A stretch of 64,000 bases of DNA from the human T2T-CHM13v2.0 reference genome, Homo sapiens, in NCBI RefSeq assembly GCF_009914755.1, contig NC_060937.1, one strand, 5' to 3'. Both the position numbers and the translations under genes were made by a program. This document shows positions 1 to 28,817 of this stretch, in pieces. The number at the start of each line of letters is the position of its first letter. The first letter of the stretch is position 1. The notes below the pieces were generated by a model that saw only the letters and a program-made list of their open reading frames with translations, searched no databases and was not told where the DNA came from.

Positions 1-664
1 GAGAAAGGGTTCAGGGGATCTTAGAAGTCACAGGTGGATTCAAAGATTATCTAACTGGCAGTTGGTAGAATTAAGCTTTGTCTAAAGGCTTGAAGTCAGT
101 AGAAAGAAATGCTTGAGTTAAGATAAAGCGGCTTGTGGAAGCCAATGTTTTTATTTAGATGAAGCCTCCAGGCTCTTCCTTTGGCGAGAATAAATGGTAA
201 ATGTTTCTTTTCACACCTTAAAAGGTGTCAGACTCTAATCTCTCCTAGATCTGGGAAAGCCCTGGCTGCATTAACGGAGATTCTCTACAGATGCAAATTT
301 CCCCCATGAAAGATGACTTTGCAGGGCCATTTCAAAATATGTCAAATAAATCTATTTTGAGGTAAAATATTTTTATTTTCTTCAGGATCTGCTATCTGTC
401 ATGTGATGCTATACCAGAGTCAGGTTGAAATTTGGTATCTTATTGCCACAAAGAGTCTGTTCTGTCTCATGATCTCTGTTTCAATGTTAATGCTGGTCAG
501 TTGTACCTCACCTCCAAAAGGGAGAGGGGATAACGAGGTGTTTTGGACCCCCCTTCCCATCATGGCCAGAAATTCAGTTTTTCAGCTTTCTCTGGGGTCC
601 CATTGGCCCATAGGAGCTCCATTCAGTAGGTTGGGGAAGGTTAGGATTTTCTTTTTGGTTTATA
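1..664 (-). mobile_element. MER4-family LTR (partial)
   Basis: GATGCAAATTTCCCCC..GCAGGGCCATTTCAAAATATGTCAAA..GAGTCAGGTTGAAATTTGGTATCTTATTGC..TTTTGGTTTATA matches my recollection of the MER4 LTR reverse complement. Confidence 0.75.
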
Positions 665-1015
665 GTTTCTTTTACAACAGGGCAAAGCAGAGTGTGTTTA
701 TCAGAGATTTGAAGTGATTTCAAATCAGAGATTTGAAGCTGAGATTGCTCCTTGATGCCTTGAAAAACAAAATTACATATGTTGTATGATATGTGTATGT
801 ATGTATTATTTAGTCAAGCTAAGAATTTAGTCAAATATAGTAAGTCAAACTGCCATATTGTTACTTACATACAAGAGTAGGCCTTGTGGACTTACTATTG
901 CTTGGGGCATTTCAATGTTTATTAGCCTCTCTGTGTGTATATATGGGTATATATCAATCCGTTTTACTACCTGTCAGATACTTTGGTGAAATACTGATCC
1001 ATTCAAAAGAGGTAG

Positions 1016-5714
<4,699 letters not shown>

Positions 5715-5729
5715 TCACCTCCCTGAAAA

Positions 5730-6180
5730 AAGTATACCATCCCTTCCTATTGACATTAGGCTTTGCCATGAGACTTTTTCATGTCATTTATGACAACCAT
5801 TGACTTGGGGCTTGAACATGTGACTTGCTTTGGCCAATGGTATATTAGCACATATGACTGAAAAGGTTGGTAATGTGCTCGTGCATATGGGCTTGCCCTC
5901 TTCTATCTCTGCCATTGCCATGAGAAGAACATGCCACAAGTAGCCTATTGCTTTCAGAATAATGAAAGATACATCTTGTAGACCTGAACCAAACGTGCAA
6001 TCTGGAGCTAAGCCCAGCTGAGTCCAGCCTAAATTGTTCAAATGCCAGTCAACCTGTAGAATGTAGCTTAAGGCAGAGGCACAGATATGTGAATGAGAAA
6101 TAAATGCTTAGGGTTGTGAGTCATTGATGTTTAGAGTGGTTTGTTATGCAGCATAATTAGGTATATAGTGGACTAATACA
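5730..6180 (+). mobile_element. MaLR LTR (MLT1-type)
   Basis: CATGTGACTTGCTTTGGCCAATGG..AATAAATGCT..GTTTGTTATGCAGCA..CTAATACA are MLT1 hallmarks. Confidence 0.75.
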
Positions 6181-6745
6181 AATATTTACAAGCTAAATTC
6201 AAGATTATAGGAATAATAGAATTGATATCTCACAAAATTATTCATTTGCATTCCAAAATGTGCACCCAGTAGTCTCAGAATAATAATACCAATACTGCTG
6301 CTAATAATATGATTATTGAAATCAGCCTAAGCTTTTATTTTTTGCAATTTTTAATCTTTAGGATGTTTCCCTTTATTGATGTACAGTGAAAATTTTCTGT
6401 TACGAAGTCATTTGGAATGGTTTTTATGTGTGGTTATGCCACAACTGGATATGCATTAAATACTATTTGTTTGATTTTATTTTGGGGAATTTCCCCTTAA
6501 AATTCAATTTTACTTAATGATTATATAAAATGTGTACTTGCTTCCAAAGTCAACTCTCTGAAACAAGTTATTTCAATGAAGTCTACCTTCTATTCTAGCC
6601 ACTCTCACCTTATTCTTTCCCTCTCCCATAATTAACTACTTAAAAATATTTTATGATTTATTATTTGTTTTAATTGTACCTGGATTTTAATTTATAGAGG
6701 TGACTGAGTGATGATGCAGACAGGACAATGCCATTGAAAGAAGCC

Positions 6746-7900
<1,155 letters not shown>

Positions 7901-7959
7901 AAAGAGAGAAAGATAAAGAGAGAGGGAGAGAGAAAAGAGAAAGAGAGCGAGAGAGAGAT

Positions 7960-10518
7960 AAAGGAAAGAAAAAGGAAGGAAAAAGGAAGGGAGGGAGGAA
8001 GGAAGGAAGGGAGGAAGGAAGGGAGGAAGGGAGGAAGGGAGGGAGGGAGGGAGGGAGGGAGGAAGGGAGGGAGGGAGGGAGGGAGGAAGGGAGGGAGGAA
8101 GGGAGGAAGGGAGGGAGGGAGGGAGGGAGGGAGGAAGGGAGGAAGGGAGGGAGGGAGGGAGGGATGAAGGGAGGGAGGAAGGGAGGGAGGGAGGGAGGGA
8201 GGGAGGAAGGGAGGGAGGGAGGAAGGGAGGAAGGGAGGGAGGGAGGGAGGGAGGGAGGGAGGGAGGGAGGGAGGAAGGGAGGAAGGGAGGGAGGGAGGAA
8301 GGGAGGAAGGGAGGGAGGGAGGGAGGGAGGGAGGAAGGAGGGAGGGAGGGAGGGAGGGAGGGAGGGAGGAAGGGAGGAAGGGAGGAAGGGAGGGAGGGAG
8401 GGAGGGAGGAGGGAGGAGGGAGGGGAGGAGGGAGGAGGGAGGAGGGAAGGGGAGGAAGGGAGGGAGGGAGGGAGGAGAAGGGAGGGAGGGAGGGAGGGAG
8501 GAAGGAGGAGGGAGGGAGGGAGGGAGGAAGGGAGGAAGGGAGGGAGGGAGGGAGGGAGGGAGGAAGGGGAGAAGGGAGGGAGAGAGGAAGGGAGGGAGGG
8601 AGGGAGGGAGGGAGGGAGGAAGGGAGGAAGGGAGGGAGGAAGGGAGGGAGGGAGGGAGGGAGGGAGGGAGGAAGGAAGGGAGGGAGGGAGGGAGGGAGGA
8701 AGGGAGGAAGGGAGGGAGGAAGGGAGGAAGGGAGGAAGGGAGGGAGGGAGGAAGGAAGGGAGGGAGGGAGGGAGGGAGGGAGGAAGGGAGGAAGGGAGGG
8801 AGGGAGGAAGGAAGGGAGGGAGGGAGGGAGGGAGGGAGGAAGGGAGGAAGGGAGGGAGGAAGGGAGGAAGGGAGGGAGGAAGGGAGGGAGGGAGGGAGGG
8901 AGGGAGGGAGGGAGGAAGGGAGGGAGGGAGGGAGGGAGGAAGGGAGGAAGGGAGGGAGGAAGGGAGGAAGGGAGGGAGGGAGGGAGGGAGGGAGGGAGGA
9001 AGGGAGGAAGGGAGGGAGGGAGGAAGGAAGGGAGGGAGGAAGGGAGGAAGGGAGGGAGGAAGGGAGGAAGGGAGGGAGGGAGGGAGGGAGGAAGGGAGGA
9101 AGGGAGGGAGGGAGGAAGGGAGGGAGGGAGGGAGGGAGGAAGGGAGGGAGGAAGGGAGGAAGGGAGGAAGGGAGGGAGGGAGGAAGGAAGGGAGGGAGGG
9201 AGGGAGGGAGGGAGGAAGGGAGGAAGGGAGGGAGGGAGGAAGGAAGGGAGGGAGGGAGGGAGGGAGGGAGGAAGGGAGGAAGGGAGGGAGGGAGGAAGGG
9301 AGGGAGGGAGGGAGGGAGGGAGGGAGGAAGGGAGGAAGGGAGGGAGAGAGGAAGGAAGGGAGGGAGGGAGGGAGGAGGAAGGGAGGAAGGGAGGGAGGAA
9401 GGGAGGGAGGGAGGGAGGAGGGAGGGAGGAGGAAGGAGGGAGGGAGGGAGGGAGGAAGGGAGGGAGGGAGGGAGGGAAGGGAGGAAGGGAGGAAGGGAGG
9501 GAGGGAGGAAGGAAGGGAGGGAGGGAGGGAGGGAGGGAGGAAGGGAGGAAGGGAGGGAGGGAGGAAGGAAGGGAGGGAGGGAGGGAGGGAGGGAGGAAGG
9601 GAGGAAGGGAGGGAGGAAGGGAGGAAGGGAGGAAGGGAGGGAGGAAGGGAGGGAGGGAGGGAGGGAGGAAGGGAGGGAGGGAGGGAGGGAGGGAGGGAGG
9701 GAGGAAGGGAGGGAGGGAGGGAGGAAGGAGGAAGGGAGGGAGGGAGGGAGGGAGGGAGGGAGGAAGGGAGGAAGGGAGGGAGGGAGGAGGAAGGGAGGAG
9801 GAAGGAGGAAGGGAGGGGGAAGGGAGGAAGGAGGAGGGGGAGGGAGGAAGGGAGGAAGGGAGGGAGGGAGAGGGAGGGAGGGAGGGAGGGAGGAAGGGAG
9901 GGAGGAGGGAGGAAGGGAGGGAGGGAGGGAGGGAGGAGAGGGAGGGGGAAGGGAGGAAGGGAGGGAGGGAGGAAGGAAGGGAGGGAGGGAGGGAGGGAGG
10001 GAGGAAGGGAGGAAGGGAGGGAGGGAGGAAGGAGGAGGGAGGGAGGGAGGGAGGGAGGAAGGGAGGAAGGAGGGAGGAAGGGAGGAAGGGAGGGAGGAAG
10101 GGAGGGAGGGAGGGAGGGAGGAAGGGAGGGAGGGAGGGAGGGAGGGAGGAAGGGAGGAAGGGAGGGAGGAAGGGAGGAAGGGAGGGAGGGAGGGAGGGAG
10201 GGAGGGAGGAAGGGAGGGAGGGAGGGAGGGAGGAAGGAAGGGAGGGAGGGAGGGAGGGAGGGAGGAAGGGAGGAAGGGAGGGAGGAAGGGAGGAAGGGAG
10301 GGAGGGAGGGAGGGAGGAAGGGAGGAAGGGAGGGAGGGAGGAAGGGAGGGAGGGAGGGAGGGAGGAAGGAGGGAGGGAGGGAGGAATGGAGGGAGGGAGG
10401 GAGGAAGGGAGGGAGGGAGGGAGGAAGGGAGGGAGGGAGGGAGGAGGGAGGGAGGGAGGAAGGGAGGAAGGGAGGGAGGGAGGGAGGAAGGAAGGAAGGG
10501 AGGAAGGAAGGGAGGGAG
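7960..10518. repeat. ~2.56-kb polypurine (GGGA/GGAA)n tract
   Basis: Only two pyrimidines seen in the interval (T at 8165 and 10387). Directly follows an Alu body (7646-7900). Confidence 0.98.
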
Positions 10519-10649
10519 TTTACAGGGGAGCCATTTGCTACCTCTAGGAATTAACTAGCCCTGGGAGAGGTAGTCTCTCCCTGGCCAGCAAGGCCCTCAG
10601 GATGTCAAGGCATCACAAAATAAAGAAAATTAAAAATATGATTCAGCAG

Positions 10650-10800
10650 TTTCCAGATAGCTGAGCACAGGGAAGTTCCTGGAAGGTGGTGCACACTGGA
10701 GAGGGCATGGAAGCCCCACGTCCCTTCCCACCTACCTTGCTCTATACGTCTCTTCATCTGTACCCTTTGTAATATCCTTCAAGATAAACTTCTAAATACA
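10650..10800 (+). mobile_element. MER21-type LTR fragment
   Basis: GATAGCTGAGCAC..GTTCCTGGAAGGTGG..GAGGGCATGGAAGC..CTCTTCATCTGTACCCTTTGTAATATCC resembles MER21. Confidence 0.65.
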
Positions 10801-10843
10801 AACACTGACAAAAATGCTCTCCAATCACAATTGGAATATCAAA

Positions 10844-11640
10844 GGACAGGTACGGTGGCTCACGCCTGTAATCCCAGCACTTTGGGAGGCCGAGGCGGGC
10901 AGATCACCTGAGGTCAGGAGTTGAAGACCAGCCTGGCCAACATGGTAAAACCACGTCTCTACTAAAAATACAAAAAGTATCTGAGTGTGGTGGCAGATGC
11001 CTGTAATCCCAGCTACTCGGGAGGCTGAGGCAGGAGAATTGCTAGAATCTGGGAGGCGGAGGTTGCAGTGAGCCATTGCATTCTAGCCTGTGGACAAGAG
11101 TGAGACTTCATCTCAAAAAAAAAGAATTGGAATATAAAAATTTAAGCTATAAATACGGTCTTCACTCCTTATTCCAGGAATCTACTTGTTCTGAAAGCTG
11201 GACTGGCTTGAATAAGGCTTTATGGCAATTTCTTGGAGGACCTATCAGGATTTCTATAAAAATTCACTCAAAACTGACCAAAACAAGATGTTCAATAAAG
11301 GGATCTCATGGTTAAAAAAATAAAATTAAATCAAGCCAAAACAACAACAGTAAAACATGATTCATTCATCCTTCTATGGAGTTTACTTCATGATAATAAA
11401 TAGTGATAGTTGTAATTTCTTTCTTTCTCTCTCTTTCTCTCTTTTCTTTTCCTTTCTTTCTCCTTCCTTCCTTTCTCTCTTTCTCTCTTCCTTTCTCTTT
11501 CTGTCTTTTTTGACGTGGGGTTGGTCTGGCTGTGTTGTCCAGGATGGAGTACATTGTCTTTTCACAGGCACGATCATGGCACAGCACAGTCTCCAATTCC
11601 TGGCTGGGTCTACAGGCCCATACCACCATCCCTGGCTTAA
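10844..11640. mobile_element. Alu (10844-11123,+) and FAM-like 7SL-derived monomer (~11505-11637,-) with CT-rich tail
   Basis: Alu has TSD AATTGGAATAT. The monomer has the TTCACAGGCACGATCAT segment diagnostic of FAM/7SL. Confidence 0.75.
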
Positions 11641-11839
11641 TTTCTGCTTACAGTGGCACAGTACGCCAACATGTGGCTTTATAATTATACAACCAGTTCC
11701 TTACTAAAGGACATTTGTATTGTTTCTGTGTATTTCCATACTTTTCTGATACAAACATCCTGCAATAAATAACTGTGAGCATGTCTTTCTTTTTTAGGTG
11801 GGCTAATTTATTTATTTATTTTTGCTTTTAATCAATGCT

Positions 11840-12206
11840 TTATTTTTTTAAAAAATTTTTTGTTTCTATAGGTTTTTGGGGAGCAGGTGGTGTTTGGGTA
11901 CATGAGTAGGTTCTTTAGTGGTGATTTGTGAGATTTTGGTGCACCCATCACTCGAGCAGTATCTACAGAACCCAATTTGTAGTCTTTTATCCCCCATCCC
12001 CCCACCAACTTTCCCCGAGTCTTCAAAGTTTATTGTATTATTCTTTTGCCTTTGCATCCTCATAGCTTAGCTCCCACTTATGAGTGAGAACATACGATGT
12101 TTGGTTTTCCAATCCTGAGTTACTTTACTTAAAATCATAGTCTCCAATCCCAACCAAGTTGCTGTGAATGCCATTAATTCATTCCTTTTTATGGCTGAGT
12201 AGTATT

Positions 12207-12271
<65 letters not shown>

Positions 12272-13788
12272 TGATATATATATCACAGTTTCTTTTCTTT
12301 CTTTGAGATGGAGTTTCTCTCTTGTTGCCCAGGCTGGAGTGCAATGGTGTAATCTCGGCTCACTGCAGCCTCCGCCTCCCGGGTTAAAGCGATTCTCCTG
12401 CCTCAGCCTCCTGAGTAGTTGGGATTATAGGCAAGCGCCACCATGCCTGGCTAATTTTTTGTATTTTTAGTAGAGATAGGGTTTCTTAATATTGGTCAGT
12501 CTGGTCTCAAACTCCCAACTTCGGGTGATCCACCCGCCTTGGCCTCCCAAAGTGTTGGCATTACAGGTGTGAGCCACTGCACCCGGCCACATATCACAGT
12601 TTCTTTATCCACTTGTTGATTGATGGGTATTTGGTCTGGTTCCACATTTTTGCAATTGTGAATTGTGCTGCTATAAACGTGTGTGCAAGTATCTTTTTCG
12701 TGTAATGACTTCTTTTCCTCAGTAATGGGATTGCTGGATCAAATGATAATTCTACTTTTAGTTCTTTAAGGAATCTCTACACTGTTTTCCATAGTGGTCG
12801 TACTAGTTTACATTCCCACCAGCAGTGTAGAAGTGTTCCCTTTTCACCACATCCATGCCAACATCTATTATTTTATGATTTTTTGATTATGGCCATTCTT
12901 GTGGGAATAAGGTGGTATCACATTGTGGTGTTGATTTGCATTTCCCTGATCATTAGTGATGTTGAGCATTTTTTCATGTTTGTTGGCCATTTGTATATCC
13001 TCTTTTGAGAATTGTCTATTCATGTCCTTAGCCCACTTTTTGATGGGATTGTTTGTCTTTTTCTTGCTAATTTGTTTGAGTTCATGTGGATTCTGGATAT
13101 TATTCCTTTGTCGGATATATAGATTGTGAAGATTTTCTCCCACTCTATGGGTTGTCTGTTTACTTTGCAGATGGTTCCTTTTGCTGTGCAAAAGCTCTTT
13201 AGTTTAATTAAGTCCCACCTATTTTTCTTTGTTTTTACTGTATTTGCTTTTGGGTTATTGGTCATGAACTCCTTGCCGAAGCCAATGTCTAGAAGGGTTT
13301 TTCTGATGTTATCCTGTAGAATTTTTATAGTTTCAGGTCTTACGTTTAAGTCCTTGATCCATCTTGAGTTGATTTTTATATGAAGTGAGAGATGAGAATC
13401 CAGTTTCATTCTCCTATGTGTGGCTTGCCAATTCTCCCAGCACCATTTGTTGAATAGGGTGTCCCTTTTCTGCTTTATGTTTTTGTTTGCTTTGTCGAAG
13501 GTGAGTTGGCTGTAAGTATTTGGGTTTATTTCTGGGTTCTCTATTCTGTTCCATTGGTCTATGTGCCTATATTTATACCAATACCATGCTGTTTTGGTGA
13601 CTGTGGCATTATAGTATAGTTTGAAATCAGGTAATGTGATGCCTCCAGATTTGTTCTTTTTGCTTAGTCTTGCTTTAGCTATGCGAGCTCTTTTTTGGTT
13701 CACATGAATTTTAGGGTTGTTTTTTCCTAGTTCTATGAAGAATGATGGTGATATTTTGATGGGAATTGCATTGAATTTGTAGATTGCT
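11840..13788 (-). mobile_element. 5'-truncated L1 (L1PB-type 3' UTR), ORF2 C-terminal part
   Basis: ORF 13020..13703(-) is L1 ORF2p ([30 protein letters not shown]). 3' end GATAAAAGACTACAAATTGGG..CCCAAAAACCTATAGAAAC plus A-rich tail is typical of L1PB. Contains (TA)n 12212-12267 and an Alu (12296-12588) with TSD ATATCACAGTTTCTTT. Confidence 0.92.
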
Positions 13789-15095
13789 GTAATAGCCTTA
13801 TTTAGTTTTAAGAATACTGAAGGAAAATTTTTGTGTTGCAGTTGCCATCATTATGTCATCAACCTGATGTTCAGTATATTTCTGTAAAACCCTAAAACAG
13901 AAATTCTTAACTAAGTTATCCCATCACTGAAGGCTTCTTTTGGCCAGAGAATTTCTTTAGGTATCAGGTATAGTACTCAAATATCTTTATCAGGAGATGT
14001 TTTCCTATCCCAGTCTTCAGAATTCTTATTTCTGGTGCCAGAGGCAATAAGAAGAAAACAGATGATCCAGGAATTAGACTCTCAGTTCAAGGTCACAGGC
14101 AGCAGCAGTTCAATCTGCACACACTACATAAAACAAAGAGTCCTTCAGAAGCCCCTGACTCTGCTCCTTGGCTTTTTCCTGAGGAGGAGTCTTGTAAAAA
14201 TATATGTAACCCTGTGTAATTTCATCCGAACGTTCTCTAGAGAAGATCACTATGATATCTGTGTTCTTCCAAATATACTGGGAAATTACAAACCTACCTA
14301 CTGAAGTGTGAACTATTGTTATGTCTTAAATTTCCAAGGAAAATATTATTTCATCCAGGACCTGAATGCCTTCCTCAGAGTGGTGTTCACTTTCAATATG
14401 ATTTTCCACCTTTCTAGCAGCCAGTACATTGGGACTGATTTCATGCCAATCGCAAATGTCTAGAGAGTGTCTTACACTTGGGACTCTTTCAGCTGCATCA
14501 ACAGAATGGCAGCAACGAAGCTGGAATCCAAGCCTTTTCTCTGTCATCAGTCGTTTCTTAATAGCACTGTCAAAAGGAATCCAGAGGTTGCTCTTCACAG
14601 TTTCTATCTCAAAACTGTTTCTCCACACTGTTATAGAGGGCATGCAGAGGTTAATCTCTACAGTGATGACTCTCTAGGTAGGTGTTTCTGCCCAGGAATA
14701 CTTTCTTATTGACAGTATTTAATAAAATAAATGCAAACACTCAGCCCAACATACACATTTTCTGCCCAGTCCCTCCTTTGTCATAAAGATGAAGGATTAT
14801 GTCACCATCCACTCTGGCCTTGTAATCAAATTCAAAATGGTATTATACCTTCTTGTGGTTGTAAATTTCACCACTGCAACAGAGCCACAAATGAAGATAT
14901 TTCCTCACTTGAATTGGCTGGATTCCAAACAGCTGGTCAACTACGACCAACTGGTGAAATCCAAAGCAGCAGCTGATGTATCCATTGACATTCTCAGGAC
15001 GAAATGCATCTGGACCCGTGTGTGATCTTCATAGCACTCGGATGCTGACCAGAGAGGCTATCATTGCTGCCAAAGAGGGCCCAAATGCCACACAT
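13789..15095 (-). pseudogene. ASNSP3: Processed pseudogene of asparagine synthetase (ASNS); probably ASNSP3
   Basis: Minus strand gives MCGIWALFGSND.. (ATG at 15095), VFAFILLNTVNKKVFLGRNTY, FEIETVKSNL..KKRLMT, LAARKVENHIESEH..SEEGIQVLDEIIFSLE and [16 protein letters not shown], colinear with ASNS. No introns; multiple stops, frameshifts and deletions. The symbol number is from memory. Confidence 0.9.
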
Positions 15096-16066
15096 GGTAC
15101 GGTGGAGCTGCGGGTTCTGTGGGTATGTGAGCAGAGGCCAGGGCTGTGGACTGTTTCCATTGTTTACTTTCAGTACAAGCATCTCTGTATATATCTTTAT
15201 TCCTTTTTTCTTAGATAAATAGTAGCAACTGTACACATTTTTCTTTACCACAATTTTTTTTTTCTCTGAACAATATATCCTGGAAATCACTGCATAGTTA
15301 TATGCAGAGATTTTCTGCATTCCTTTTTACAGGTATTATAGTACCCTGTTGTGTGGACATTCTGGTACATTTCAAGAGGGAACAACTGTACTAGGAAAGA
15401 TTCAAAGCATGAGAAACCTGCAAGAAGAAGTCTTTTATTTTAGCCAAGCTGTGGGTAACTTGAGGGTCGCAGAATAGGCTGAGGAGTCAACAGAGAAGAT
15501 GGCTGAACAATTACACAAGATTGCTGCTGGCCCTATTTAATAAGCCTCATTGTTCTCTAAGGTGAAGCGAAGCTGAAAGGATTTGAGGAAATAAATAGGC
15601 TGTTTCCTTTCACCCATTCTTCCTTGTTTTTCCTACTATTATTCTAGTAGGTTTTAAAGTAAAGCCTGGAGTAAGCCTGAGCGCAGCTGTCTCTTATGGG
15701 AAAGTGCCCTGATGGGTATCAGGGAAATCCTGCGTTTGACTTTGTGAGACTCTTCGCCTGATGGTCATTGTTTCTCCTCTGACTCCTAGAATCAACTCAC
15801 TGGGGCGATGAGGGGTGCCCATCAGAAGTCTCTGAATTGAGTCAAAAAACAATTTAACTCCAGAATCCTATTGTATACTGTATCCCCAAATTCACCCTCC
15901 AAGCTATTTCCCATCCTGCATTATGCTTCACCATATTGTACAATAAAACTTCCTAAAGAGTGTTTCAATGAGTACTACATAATATCATAGCCAGTAATAT
16001 AAACATATGCAAAATCCTCAGTGAAGAGAACAAGAATCAGGGCAAATAGAATGTAGATGTTTGTGC

Positions 16067-18990
<2,924 letters not shown>

Positions 18991-19002
18991 AAATTAAAAT
19001 AT

Positions 19003-19830
<828 letters not shown>

Positions 19831-19861
19831 AAATACTGTTCTTCCCTTATCAGATTGGCAG

Positions 19862-20150
19862 TGTTGAGAGACAATCCTTCATGGTGTTTCTATACGTCTT
19901 GTGACAGCTTCTGTTCTCAATGTCTTTTGTGCTGCAAACATTCTGGAAGGACAGAGGGTAGATTCCTCTCCTGACCAAGACAATAAAAACAACATTTTCC
20001 TCCAGGTCAAAGGTTAGGTAGGTTTTTAGTAGCTCCTTATAAGACTGGGGGTTTCCTAATTTCAGTGTTCTTTAGCTCTGACACAAGCCCACCAGGGCAA
20101 GGCATCCACCTTGCAAGGAGGGCAAAAATCTCAGACACCTCACAGTTCTT
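19862..20150 (+). mobile_element. ERVL LTR fragment (MER54-like) within L1M debris
   Basis: TGTTGAGAGACAATCCTTCATGG..GTTTCTATACGTCTTGTGA..AAGACTGGGGGTTTCCTAA; family from recall. Confidence 0.5.
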
Positions 20151-21367
20151 AGGCAGAAGTACAAAAGCTTGACAACATACGCTGTTGGTAAGCCTGGGGA
20201 GAAACAGGTATTTCCACACATTGCTGTTGGGATTGCAAAATGGCACAACTCCCCTGGAAGGAAATCTGGCAATATTTAACAAAATTACATGTTCATCTAC
20301 TCTTTGATTCAGTGACTCTTCTAGAAATCTAGCTGATACACCTCCACAAATGCAAACTATGATGTACAGATATGATATGCAAATGCAAAATAAGATATGC
20401 TATACAGATATGCTATTTGCAATAGGAATGGCTTGAAAACCAGTACAACTACCCATGAATAGGAGACTGATTGAATAAACTAGGGCACATCTACACGCAC
20501 ACACATATTTATGCATATGTATTTTTTCAAAGAAATAATAAACAAGAAATTGTTGAAAATGGAAATGGCTACTTCTGAACAATGGGTGAGATGGGAATAG
20601 GGAACAGGGTGAGAGCAAGAACTCTTGGAGTATCTTTCTTTATACAGTTTTAACTTTTCAATCATGTAAATTACTCATATATTCAAAAACCAAAATTAAG
20701 TCAAATGGGAAAAAATCAAATTAAACACAAACAGAAACAATTGAACACAAACAGAAACAAATGAACAGACCTGAATATAAAACCTAATCACACAGGGGAA
20801 ATGATTACTTCAAATAACTTTAGAACATAGAACACTGGCAGTAACATTTTCCAGACACACATTGTAAGGACAAATAAAACTATGTTTTCTGATTTCCATT
20901 GTGTGCATGTTCCTGTAGACTGATTTCAAGTCACCAGTGGTTTCACAACCATCTGGCAAGATTCCTGACAATTTAGCAATTGATTCTCATAAGCCGGTTC
21001 TATCTGGCTCTAAGAAATCATTGCTTATAGGTACTCTAGTCAAGGTAACAAGCTGTCTGTCAACAAAGCAAAGCATAAATCAAAAAAGATGAAAGAAAAT
21101 ATCTAGAAAAATTATGAAAAGCCTCCATGCAGATTGAAGTGTGACAAACACATAGCTCCAGCTCCTTATCTTCCATGGTCCTCAGGTCTTGGGCTGTCTT
21201 CATGCAGTCGTTAGCTTGTTCCTATGGTCTTCAGTGGAAGTTGTCCCCTTCCTGCAGTTTTCTGCTTCTGGATGATTCCTCAGTATTCTCCATTTGAGGT
21301 CTCTGATAGCAATGTCCTCCTGATTCAAGAATGGCTAATTTCTCCTTGGTCAAGAAACAGGGATATA

Positions 21368-28489
<7,122 letters not shown>

Positions 28490-28817
28490 TGTTAGAAATG
28501 CTTGTTCCTCAGTGCCATAAATAAATAGCACTTGAACATAAATTTAATTTCCTCAGCAAGGCCATTTTTACTTTATGCAGAAAGGGTACACTCACCCGCA
28601 GTTTTGCCATGAGAGTACACCAAACAAAGGAGACAAGGACATTCATAACCTGAGGTGTCCACCCTACTGCTGTGTCCGGTTTCCATTGGCTGGAATGGGA
28701 CCTCACATTCTGTATTTGTCCTGATTGGCTAGCAACTTAGAACTTTTAAAAGAGGCAAAGGCAGAGGAGAACAAAGGAAGGAGGAAGTAACTTGTGGAAT
28801 GCTGAGAAAAGTAAAAA
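28490..28817 (-). mobile_element. Solo ERV1-class LTR, left part (LTR10C-like; split by HERV9)
   Basis: Begins TGTTAGAAATG (..ACA terminus on minus strand) and reads continuously into 36416-36669 (GTAAAAA | AAACATCTTCAAATAAGG). Family name is from recall. Confidence 0.7.

Noticed and set aside
7960-10518. EWS-FLI1-type GGAA microsatellite enhancer
   Set aside because: GGAA units are mostly isolated among GGGA, with only about 3 consecutive at most; long uninterrupted GGAA runs are absent.
8164-10554. 796-aa G/R/E/K-rich ORF
   Set aside because: A purine-only strand cannot contain stop codons, so the ORF is an automatic by-product of the repeat. No promoter or splice context.
13020-13703. 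227-aa ORF as a gene
   Set aside because: Fragment of L1 ORF2p in a 5'-truncated element without promoter, endonuclease or RT core.
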